Below the pieces are notes generated by a model. That model was given only the letters and a program-made list of their open reading frames with translations. It did no database searches and was not told the origin of the DNA. A DNA stretch of 62,167 nucleotides, filler included, from Stramenopiles sp. TOSAG23-3 (Eukaryota), in assembly GCA_900128585.1 (NCBI GenBank). It is 14 parts of 14 records of this genome, joined end to end, with 100 filler letters (N's around TTAATTAATTAA, not from the genome) between each part and the next. Parts side by side here need not be neighbours in the genome. Positions count along the whole stretch, not along the records: positions 22,316 to 26,664 come from LT643860.1; positions 26,765 to 31,109 come from LT643861.1; positions 31,210 to 35,550 come from LT643862.1; 11 more parts are not named here. One strand, given 5' to 3'. The position numbers were made by a program, and so were the translations under genes. Positions 22,316 to 31,888 of this stretch are shown here, in pieces. Position 1 is the first letter of the stretch. Every line of letters starts with the position of its first letter.

Positions 22316-23373
22316 CCTCGCGGAAATCAAAGACGGTAAAGTTGAAGACAAAACGAAGAAAAGGAAATATGAAACGGGCCGCGAAGAAGCTTTTAAGTAC
22401 TACGCCGAAGCGTGGTGAGCTATTGCTTGATCTGGGCAGAGAATTAGTACGGGCGACGATGGACTGTCGCCCTTCAAAACGGAATAGGTCCCCGTATGTC
22501 GCTGACGTCAAAATCTTATCCGAAGAGAATAGAACTGCAATCGCGCACGTTCCCAACCTGGACATGGGCGGAAAATGTGTCTCTGGGACGGAAATGCTGG
22601 TCAAACCAGCACGTAACCGCAAGGGGGTGCTTGTAGGCGCTAACACACTAGGGAAATACGGGACCCCCAAGTGTGAATTTCACACCCAGCTGATCAAAGT
22701 GAAAGAATGTGAAAATGTCCATTTAAACAAAGGAAACGGTGTAATAGTGGGAGCGCACCCTTCTCTTGGGGAAAAAATAGCCCGATCATTGTTGGAAAAA
22801 AATCTTTTTTCAGAGCTAACCCCTATCACGGAAGTCAGTTCTCAAGTGTCTAACATATGCGGGTGCGACATGCGAACAGACTTCGTTTTGACACATTCCG
22901 ACGGCTCTCGCTCTGTCGTAGAGGTGAAGCAAGTTGTCGACACGGACTACAATTTTCAGACCCCCCCACCGTCTCGCAGCAAGTGCGTCTATTTTCAGAA
23001 AGATCGTTCCAAACGCTACGAAAGGTGCGGCATATTCCCGTGGGGCAACTCCAAACAAAAAGGCCCGGAGGGAGAACATGTAGTGTCTGCACGAGCAATA
23101 AAGCACGTGCGGGAACTCACAAAAATCGCCAAAGGTCTGGCCACAGACGAGGAAGGAAAAAAGCTGAAGGCCAGCGTTTTGTTCATAGTCAATAGAGAGG
23201 ACGCACTGGTCTTTCGGGCAAATGACGAGGCCTGCCCCAGCTTTGCTCGTTACCTGAAAGAGGCCTCCGAAGCGGGCGTCACGGTCTTGGCCAGGCGAAT
23301 AATCTGGGGGACGGACGATGGAGAAGTCGGAAAAGCATTTGATGGCGGGCCGTGCAAAGTCAACTATGTTTGA
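22316..23373 (+). CDS. SfsA-family (PD-(D/E)XK-fold) nuclease-like protein, start uncertain
   Basis: N-terminal OB-like part (RPSKRNRSPYVADV...AHVPN), then RTDFVL...VEVK, GIFP, SARAIKHVREL, LFIVNREDALVFRAN..ACPSFARYLKEASEAGV. Motif order matches SfsA. Confidence 0.85.
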
Positions 23374-23632
23374 TCTCATTGCGCGCAACTTCAACATACG
23401 TACAACAAGCCAGGAGAGATTAAAGAAATATTATCAATATTAATAATAATAACTTAACTTTTAATTGTTGTACAAAGAATTACTTACGTAAATAACAGCC
23501 AATTTTTTGATCTTAAAGTTAAAATTTCAAGATTGACTTCTATACAGCAGTGGTACTTTGTATGTTTTACTATTTGGACTCCGTGATATTTACATTTCAG
23601 ACAATGGACCGTGCATCACCAAGGGCGCGAAA

Positions 23633-24209
23633 CTACAGTTTCTGCTGTCGAATGCACCCAATCCGATAACGTCGGCCAAATCGTTTCAAGGCGTCTTTAG
23701 GATCTTTATGGACTTTGGCGAAACGGACGCTGGCGTCTTTTCCAGACCAATTCACCAGCGGAATTTTTCCGCCAGGATGGCTTTCCATCCAGGCAGTGAC
23801 CTTAGCAATGAGGAAACAACGCACACGGTTAGGGGCAAGGAGATAAAATGTCAGTGGGGAACGGAAAACTTACGTTATAAACATAACCATCAACGATTAG
23901 CCAGTTATCTGAACCTTCCGTACTGTTGTGCTGCGATACCTCCGACAGCGTGAAATACCTTTCTTTCAACACGCCGATTCGGTACTCTTGAGCAAGCACG
24001 CGCAATATTTTTTCCGGCTGACTGTGCACTTTACGGAAGCGGTCGCCCGCGTCGTTCCCTGACCAATTGACAAGTGGGGCCGAGCCACCAGGGTGATATT
24101 TCATCCAACCGGTCACATCGTACACAATACCATCAATAACAAGCCAGTTATCGGTCCCCTTTTCACAACAGTGTTTCGCAACCTCTTCCCACTCGTACAA
24201 GGCGGACAT
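23633..24209 (-). CDS. Soluble protein with two tandem cytochrome b5 heme-binding domains; exons 24209-23874 and 23800-23633
   Basis: Two copies of EV..H....NWL.IDG.VY(D/N)VT.WM..HPGG..PLVNWSG.DA..RF.KVH. Both axial His are kept in each copy. Confidence 0.9.
23801..23873 (-). other. Spliceosomal intron, 73 bp, phase 0
   Basis: On the minus strand: GTAAGT donor at 23873, CCTAAC branch point, TAAG acceptor ending at 23801. Joins GYVYN|VTAWMESHPGG. Confidence 0.92.
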
Positions 24210-25181
24210 TTTTCGACGGGGAATCGAAGGTTGCAACGGCTTGAACGGTTTATTAAGATTTTGTCAAGGGAATAATATATTCTCGTTTATATAAAGACTG
24301 AATCAGAAAAAAGAAGGGCACGGATGACGTTTTAATGCTATCCAATTAATGTGTCGGATTTTAACATCATATCTGCTCGAAGAATCGTCGACACAATTAT
24401 TATATATTTTTTTACTAGATCTAATATTTAATAAAATATAAAATTATTATTTTTTAATATAATAATACCAAGGTAATAATAAAAAAAAAAGCACACAGCA
24501 GCGCAACAACATCATCATATAAAAAATATCTCTTTTTTTTCTTTCTTCTGTTGTTGTTTTTTTTCTTCTTCTTCTTCTTATATTTTTTTTACCTCCTCTC
24601 ATTCTCCTCCTTCTTCTTCTAAATATATACGTAGTCTCTATCATCTGATCATATTATAATTACCAAGTAGATTATTTAATTTTTAATAAATAATAATCTT
24701 CTGCTCTTTTTTTCTCCAAGTTGATGATGATGTGATAATTCCAATAAATATGAAAAAAAGCAGCATCATAGTCTAGCATATATCATCACAGAATGACGAC
24801 GCAATAGGATAAGATACGAGGGAGATAACGCAATGAGGAGGAGAGCAATGAGGAGTTGTTCTTCATTCTTCACAATTTAAAAATTAAAAACACAACAACA
24901 CAGGCAAACAAGAGGCAAATGACCATGATCTGATGAATGATGATCTTATTATTACTATACCTTGGTACTTCTTGGTAGACGTTGTTTTTTAACAACTTTC
25001 AACTTTATAAAATGAACTAAATAAATGAAGATGAATTTCAGAAAAGCAAAAAGTGTAGAATTTCGATTTTATTTACAAATAAATGGACGACTTTGAGTAC
25101 GATTATAGCCAGTAAAACGAAAGGGATTGATTTTCAAAGTTTCTGTGTCTGACGCACATACCTTACCTTCTGTTCTGCACA

Positions 25182-26582
25182 ATGGTACCGGTACGGTTCG
25201 TTGTCTTGCTTTCTATGGCACAGGTGGCGTTTGTAGCGCAGGCCGTAAAGCCTTTGGCAAGAGAACACTTGATTAGTAATGTCGGGCAAAAAGAATGGGG
25301 AGTTCGAAAACTTGGCGTGTCGAAAGCTGCTTTACTCGGGGATGTTGCCCTGACAGTAGTTAGTGGCCGTGCTAGTCAGGAAAATGGCGAGAACGAGGGC
25401 ACACAAGGCGCAGTAAGAAATTCTGGGGAAAATATCTTCGGGCCTTTTGAAAATGGGTTTGGCCCGCAACAGGATTCAGTCATCACAGGCCAACTAGGCT
25501 GCTCCACCGGCACAAGCAAATGTTACTCCGAAGGCGGATCAGACGTAACAATCGCGGAGAAAATATGTGCATACAATTGCAATATTACACTGCCAAGAAC
25601 GGAGGGCGGAAAATACTACGGGTTTTTGGATACTTGTGGTGGCCACACAAAAGATTACCACTACCATAAGAACTTGAACTGCCTGTACCAACACACTGCT
25701 GGCTCGACCCACTCGGCCAAAATTGCTAAAATTAAAACCGGTGCCAGTGGCGGCGGCTCTGGAAGTGGCAGCAGCTCTGGGAGTGGTAGTGGAACAGGTG
25801 GGCCAACGTGTTCGGACAAATCGACACCAAAATGCCCGGACGGTTCGGCGTTAAAAAAAAGTAATCCCCCGTGTACTGGCGGAAAGCCAAAGTGCGACGA
25901 TGGAAGCGATGCAACACCGCCGAAGAAGCGCCGGCGTAGGCTAGCTGCCGGTGAGGATGTGTACGGGAAATGGGAAGATTTCTCAAAGCAAGTGCTTCCA
26001 GAATTAGATGCTTGCAATGGCCACTGGGGCAAAACGCCTGATTCCCCGGACAAAGACGTGTACCACTATCATGTCAGTGATTTGCCGCCGTTTACAATAG
26101 GGTGTTATGGGCCCAACGACGATAACTCACATGTAACCGTTCAGCAGTGCCGTGATGCATACTCTGAGTGCAGCGAAACTGCAGACCTCGAATTATTCAC
26201 GGTAATGGATGCTAATGGGTCTGTCTCTGAGTTTCCCTACCAACCTTGGTGTCCGTGCTGGGACAAATCGAAGGATGGTCCCGATGGGGTTGGCTTGAAC
26301 GTTGGAAAAGTCCTGCCCTCCCGTAAATGGAAAGTGCGAACGTTTGAAAGTTCGAATCAACAATGGAGCACCAACCGCGATGGTACGTTTTCTCAACTTA
26401 GCTCTTACAGCACCGGCGTAGATATTAAAGATATCAGCGAAGATTTTTCACACCCAGCGCCAGAGATTGCGGCGACCTCTGCTGGAAAGTTGAACAATTC
26501 CCCTTCCTATTCAGTATTCCACGCTAAAGTTATTCTCACTCTGTTCTGTGGTCTAACGATTGCGATGGAAATGATAATGTAA
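25182..26582 (+). CDS. Secreted YHYH-domain protein, probably GPI- or C-terminally anchored
   Basis: Signal peptide. LDTCGGHTKDYHYH and LDACNGHWG.TP....YHYHV...PPFTIGCYG motifs. Hydrophobic C-terminal tail. Confidence 0.8.
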   Translation: MVPVRFVVLLSMAQVAFVAQAVKPLAREHLISNVGQKEWGVRKLGVSKAALLGDVALTVVSGRASQENGENEGTQGAVRNSGENIFGPFENGFGPQQDSVITGQLGCSTGTSKCYSEGGSDVTIAEKICAYNCNITLPRTEGGKYYGFLDTCGGHTKDYHYHKNLNCLYQHTAGSTHSAKIAKIKTGASGGGSGSGSSSGSGSGTGGPTCSDKSTPKCPDGSALKKSNPPCTGGKPKCDDGSDATPPKKRRRRLAAGEDVYGKWEDFSKQVLPELDACNGHWGKTPDSPDKDVYHYHVSDLPPFTIGCYGPNDDNSHVTVQQCRDAYSECSETADLELFTVMDANGSVSEFPYQPWCPCWDKSKDGPDGVGLNVGKVLPSRKWKVRTFESSNQQWSTNRDGTFSQLSSYSTGVDIKDISEDFSHPAPEIAATSAGKLNNSPSYSVFHAKVILTLFCGLTIAMEMIM

Positions 26583-27033
26583 GACCACACGCCATATGAT
26601 GAAATTTATTCATAAGAGAATCATTTAAAAAGTTTTGAAAACAAAATATAAAAGAATTCATAAGNNNNNNNNNNNNNNNNNNNNNNNNNNNNNNNNNNNN
26701 NNNNNNNNTTAATTAATTAANNNNNNNNNNNNNNNNNNNNNNNNNNNNNNNNNNNNNNNNNNNNTTTTCTTTTGTCTTCTTTTTTTTTTGTAAAATAATA
26801 ATAATAATAACGAACAGCGACGACGATGAGTGGTGGTTTCTTTCTTCTTCACGTTATAAAACAAATAGACGATTATAAAAAGTGGAAAAGGCAGTCTCAA
26901 GGAAGGCTATGTTTTTGTTGTAGAATCGAAACACAATAGGTATAGTAGGATATAACTCTTTTCTTTGATATAATTATTTTTCAATCCAACAGTTTGGATA
27001 CCTACGTACGTATTGAGAAAGCAGCAGATACAT

Positions 27034-29157
27034 ATGGCCGAGGAAGGGAGCACGGCAACAACTGCACCTGCGACGAGCGCACCCTCCACGGTCGAGGCCA
27101 CTCTGGACGCTGCGTCGTCTGCAGGGGAAACGGCTGGTGCTGGGAATATTGGACCGTCGGTGCCCAGCGATAGTGCATGTGCGTCAAAATTGGATGGTGG
27201 AAAGACCCGAGTGGTAAATGATTTGAAACTTTTTATTTACAATTTAAGAGACTACGACAACAAACACGATTTGCGAAAGCTGTTGACCAAAAACAACGTC
27301 AAGTTCCGGAACGTTCAAAAGCGCCCCGTGCGCCATATCAAATACGGATTTGTATCCTTCGAGACCGTTGAAGATAGAGTAGCGGCGGAGAAGCAGATTT
27401 GTAACATCGAGTGGAAAGGAAAGCGGTTGCGCACCGGGGAGGTCGTGCAGTCTATGAACGACAGCAAGCGGGCGGACGGCCAGCGAAAGCGGGACCAGTA
27501 CGATGCTGAGCTGAAGAACGGCACGTCCGACTCCAACAAACGCTTGAAGCAAGACGGAGAGGGCGGCAACGGCCCCGTGGACGTGCGGGACAAGACCATG
27601 CCTTTGTGGAGGATGTCCTACGAAGAGCAGCTGGCGAAGAAGGACGAAGAGATGAAGGATGTGTTGAAGCGCATTCGCAGGAAAACGCGGAAGGAGCTGA
27701 TGAAGCAATACCGAAAGGACGAGAAGGCAAAGCAGGGAAAGCGGAAGAAACAGCCAAAGGGGAAGGAAGTAGAAATGTCTTGGGGCAAACGGGCGTTTAA
27801 CCGGTTGCCCGGCTGGGTCCAAGCGCAGGACAACGAAGGGCGCTGTTGCGAATATGGAGGAATCAAGCCCTCCCCGGAGACAAGTGGCTACCGCAACAAG
27901 TGCGAGTTTACGGTCGGCAAGGACGAAAATGGCGCAATGACCGTTGGGTTTCGTGTGGGGTCTTTTGCAGAAACGTTGCTTGTTAAGAAAGCTGACGACT
28001 GCACGGTCGTTCCCCCCATCGTTCAGAAGCTGTGCTCGTCGTTTAATGCTCTCATCTGTTCTGGGAAGTTTGGGCCTTACAACCAAGTCGACCACACTGG
28101 AGTGTGGCGGCAGCTGACTGTGAAGTGTAGCACCCGTCAGAATGAAATCATGGCGATCGTCCAGGTAAACGTGGACCCGGCCTCGCCGCCGCCAGAGTGG
28201 GGGAAAGAGTTGGAACAGCTGAAAACTTGGTTTGAGTCGGGAGAAGGGGCGTGGAAGTCCCTGTATGTGCAGTACTATACGGGAGTCTCCCAACCCGACG
28301 CGAACGATCCCGTCCAGCACATTTTTGGGAAAACCAAGATCTCCGAACGCTTGCTGGACTTGGACTTTGACGTTTCCCCAAATTCATTTTTCCAAATCAA
28401 TACCGGTGGCGCGGAAACCCTTTTCTCTGTCGTTGGCAATTATTGCGTCGCAGGCTTGCAGAAAGCGTCTGAAACCGGGGGCAAGGGCGAGGTGACCGAG
28501 GTTGAGAGCAAGAACATTGGGGGTGAAAGCGAATCAACAACGCCTGTGCAAGCGGCGCCTTCTTCCTCAGTGACACTCGTCGACGTGTGCTGCGGGACGG
28601 GCACGATTGGGTTGTGCGTGAGCAAAAGTTTGGGGATGGATGTTGTTGAGAAATTGATTGGCGTGGAGATGTGCGAAGCCGCGGTAGCCGACGCAAGGAT
28701 CAATGCAACGAAGAATGGCTTTACTAACGCATCGTTCGTAGCGTCGAAAGCCGAGGCTGTGTTGGGCAACATGCTTCACGAAGAAAATGCCGGGCCAGGA
28801 GGCAACGGGAAACGAATCGTTGCAATTGTTGACCCCCCACGTGCCGGCTTACACTCGAACGTGATCCGCGCACTCCGTACCTGTTCCGCGATAGATTGTT
28901 TGGTTTACGTGTCTTGCAACCCAACGAAATCGTTCATTGAAGACGTTCACAAATTGTGCTTACCGCGTACAAAAAACTGGAGAGGGCAGCCGTTTGTTCC
29001 CGTGCATTCGACTTCTGTTGACATGTTTCCGCATGCTCAACATTGTGAAATCGTGATGAGACTTGAGCATGTAAAACCAGAATGGGAAGCGAAGGCGACC
29101 CCGAAGTCAGACGTTTCGGGAACCCCGGAAAACGGCGTCGAAAAGACTAAAGATTAA
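27034..29157 (+). CDS. TRMT2A: tRNA (uracil-54-C5)-methyltransferase, TRMT2A-like, with N-terminal RRM
   Basis: RRM (YGFVSF), PLWRMSYEEQL, GYRNKCEFTVG, SFFQIN, DVCCGTGTIG (SAM motif), VDPPRAGL, YVSCNP, VDMFPH..HCE. Confidence 0.93.
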   Translation: MAEEGSTATTAPATSAPSTVEATLDAASSAGETAGAGNIGPSVPSDSACASKLDGGKTRVVNDLKLFIYNLRDYDNKHDLRKLLTKNNVKFRNVQKRPVRHIKYGFVSFETVEDRVAAEKQICNIEWKGKRLRTGEVVQSMNDSKRADGQRKRDQYDAELKNGTSDSNKRLKQDGEGGNGPVDVRDKTMPLWRMSYEEQLAKKDEEMKDVLKRIRRKTRKELMKQYRKDEKAKQGKRKKQPKGKEVEMSWGKRAFNRLPGWVQAQDNEGRCCEYGGIKPSPETSGYRNKCEFTVGKDENGAMTVGFRVGSFAETLLVKKADDCTVVPPIVQKLCSSFNALICSGKFGPYNQVDHTGVWRQLTVKCSTRQNEIMAIVQVNVDPASPPPEWGKELEQLKTWFESGEGAWKSLYVQYYTGVSQPDANDPVQHIFGKTKISERLLDLDFDVSPNSFFQINTGGAETLFSVVGNYCVAGLQKASETGGKGEVTEVESKNIGGESESTTPVQAAPSSSVTLVDVCCGTGTIGLCVSKSLGMDVVEKLIGVEMCEAAVADARINATKNGFTNASFVASKAEAVLGNMLHEENAGPGGNGKRIVAIVDPPRAGLHSNVIRALRTCSAIDCLVYVSCNPTKSFIEDVHKLCLPRTKNWRGQPFVPVHSTSVDMFPHAQHCEIVMRLEHVKPEWEAKATPKSDVSGTPENGVEKTKD

Positions 29158-29539
29158 GAAAGAATATCTCTGACTTTTACGACGTTACGAAGTACGCGCT
29201 CGTACATACACTCTATTCATATCGTAAAGATCTAAACTTCGCAGCATACCCTAACATAACATTAGCCTCCTCGGCCGCCCTGCATTTAAGCGAGTCGTTC
29301 CTTTTGTTTGTCTTTGGTAAATTTTTTGTTTTTAATTTATTACACACTCTATGTAAACCTTTAATGGACAAAAGCTGAGTTGGGTTCATTTTTACGGTAT
29401 ATAAAGAAGCTAAATTTTTTTATTACTCTTAAATATCAGCCAATTTTTTGTTTTAATATAAAATTTATCCTATTTTCTTGTTTTTATGATTTGATATGTT
29501 ACGATACTCAATCAAACAAAATGCGACGACCAGGTTGCC

Positions 29540-30506
29540 CTACGCTTGCTGCTGGCTCCCACTGACATCATTGTTACAATTTGGGCAGCGAGTGTGACCT
29601 GATAACCACTGGTCAATGCAATGACTGTGGAACATGTGCCCGCACCCTGGCAGCTGCTTGACGGTCGCCCCAGTCTCAAAGTCATCCAAGCAAATCACGC
29701 ATGAGCTGTTTTTCCCCTTTTTGTCCCAATCGTCGGCCGCCATGGCCGCATCGTCTAAAGTTGCTGTGTGGAAAGACGCCAGGCGCGACGAATCGACCCC
29801 TTCCTGGACAGGCCTCGAAACTGCAGATACGGGCCCCATGTTTGTCACGTAGATGATGGTCCCGTCCGCATTCACGTGCGCCGTTCGCCGGCCGCCAACC
29901 ATCTGGCCTCTGTTGACGTGGGCGTGAGAAATGTACAGCATGTACTCGGTGTGCGCGAGCTGGCGGCCCCAAATGCACGCCGCGGTCTGGAACACTGCAG
30001 CGACGCCGCCAGTAATCAGCATGGCAATGTGCCCTTCCACGTTGATTGTGTGCTGATGGTCTGGGTTTTTTCCGGCTTGAATGAAGTAGTTCACGGAGAA
30101 CAGCAGTTGCAGAATGTACAACGTCAAAATAAAGGCACTGCAACCCCAGAAGCAGTTGACCAGGGCGCGGTTGCGTCGGCGGGCCCCTTCGTATCCACAG
30201 TACGGGATCATCAAAGGGAGCAACATTTCGACCATGCTAATTTCATAGAATTGCATGTACAGCAGCGTGATGTTTCGAACGATGGCGATAACCCCCATGA
30301 TCAGAGTAAGCTTGAGGATCTTCCTGCTCAAATTTTGAACATAGGGGTCGTTGGACCCCGGGGCCCGGTTCACTATGTAATTGGCTTGCATATGCGGGGG
30401 GGGGGTTGGGGACCCTCCCCCGTTCGCCCCTCTGCTGACTAACTACATTGCCGTTTTGCCCGACGGCGTTCCATTGCCCCTGTTCGGTATTAACAACAAC
30501 ACTCAT
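29540..30506 (-). CDS. Multi-pass membrane protein with C-terminal RING-H2 (E3 ligase); probable homopolymer frameshift at 30396-30405
   Basis: About four TM helices, then CVICLDDF...LPGCGHMFHSHCIDQWL....CPNC. Upstream MSVVVNTEQ... (ATG at 30506) joins in frame if the G10 run is 9 or 12 bases long; otherwise the start is at 30391. Confidence 0.85.
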
Positions 30507-31888
30507 GACAAAATATTGGTGCGCAAACTGCTTAGCAATTACTGCGCGAAAAGAACGACTACCTGTAAGTTTCGGGGCCCCCAATCGCTGGAAACAGGTC
30601 CCTATACGTACGTATGTAACAGCGCGGTCTAAAGGAAAAAAGAAACGCCGCTTACGACAATTTTTCTTCCAATCCACAGTGAAACCTACCGTATTTATTC
30701 GCTAAGAACAGTGAAGATTTTCCTTGATATCAATGATTCATGTGTATATATTAATTTGTATAAACAACTGAATAATTTATTTACTGTAATACATATGGAC
30801 AAAGTTCAATGTTTCTTTTTGCGGTGTTATATTTCCTCCTTTTTGTCTCTCTTCTCCTCTTACTTACTTCTCCTTTTTTTTTTCTTCCTTTTTTTTTCTT
30901 CTTTCTCGTGCGTGCGTACGTGCATAGACTATGTATGTATGCGCGTAGAAGTGGACTTTATTATGCTGTGTTAATGTTAATTATTATTATAATAATATTT
31001 TTGTTCTTCTTCTCTATTATTCTTCTATTTTTTTTAATTTTTTAAATAACGTCATTCATCATCATGAAAAAGAGATCTGAATATATTTTTAGTCTTTAAT
31101 ATAGAGCTANNNNNNNNNNNNNNNNNNNNNNNNNNNNNNNNNNNNNNNNNNNNTTAATTAATTAANNNNNNNNNNNNNNNNNNNNNNNNNNNNNNNNNNN
31201 NNNNNNNNNCGCGAAAAGTACAAAAAAAAGAACGCCATCAACGCCCACATGGTTCATTTTTTGCTTTCGGTGGAGAAGGAACTAAATTAGAACGTCCCTC
31301 AGCTCCCTGAAAAAGGCGACGAAATTAGACTTCCAGGAAAAACCTAGAGCAGCGCGCGAGGAGATAGAGGGAGGTCGTCACGCCCCTCCTGCCCCCGTAT
31401 GCTTGCATGAACTTTTTTTTTCTAAAAAAAAACTCAATTCAGTTTATCTAAATTACTAGAGTAAATGTTTCAATTTGATGTTAAACCAATTTAAGGTTAA
31501 TTAGATCTTTAAACCATGTGATCACGTCCTGAAAAAAGAAGTTGGTGGCAATCACCAAATTGACCACTTGTCCGTCCTCCAATGGTAGAGACTCCAGCAC
31601 GACTTCTTTCTCTCCTCGTTCTACTGTTGTACGGACGAGCGTTTCGAAGCGTTGCAATAACTTTTCCATGTGCACCCCTTGAGAAGACACGGTTTAATGG
31701 TCGTTCGAGGAATATTGTCTGTTGTAACATCTTTGGCCAAAATGCAAGATTTCACAATCGCAAAATGCATACAGATTTGTATTAACAGGCCCCCCGATGT
31801 CTACTCCCATATGAATGTCCCGCTTACCTCATACCCAGCAACAGCGTTATCAGTGTCGTGAAACAAGTCTGTTTCATACATATTAGTT

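Noticed and set aside
22316-26582. SfsA + cytochrome b5 + YHYH as a bacterial-type operon or contaminant contig
   Set aside because: Orientations are convergent then divergent, the b5 gene has a spliceosomal intron, and the spacers share this genome's motifs. No functional link is evident.
27244-28320. 358-aa minus-strand ORF, and similar long antisense ORFs at 9484-10257, 36013-36834 and 58405-59214
   Set aside because: They fully overlap well-supported genes on the opposite strand and carry no motifs of their own.
30396-30405. Frameshift in the RING-H2 gene as programmed recoding
   Set aside because: It falls exactly in a G10 homopolymer, so a sequencing or assembly length error is the simplest explanation.
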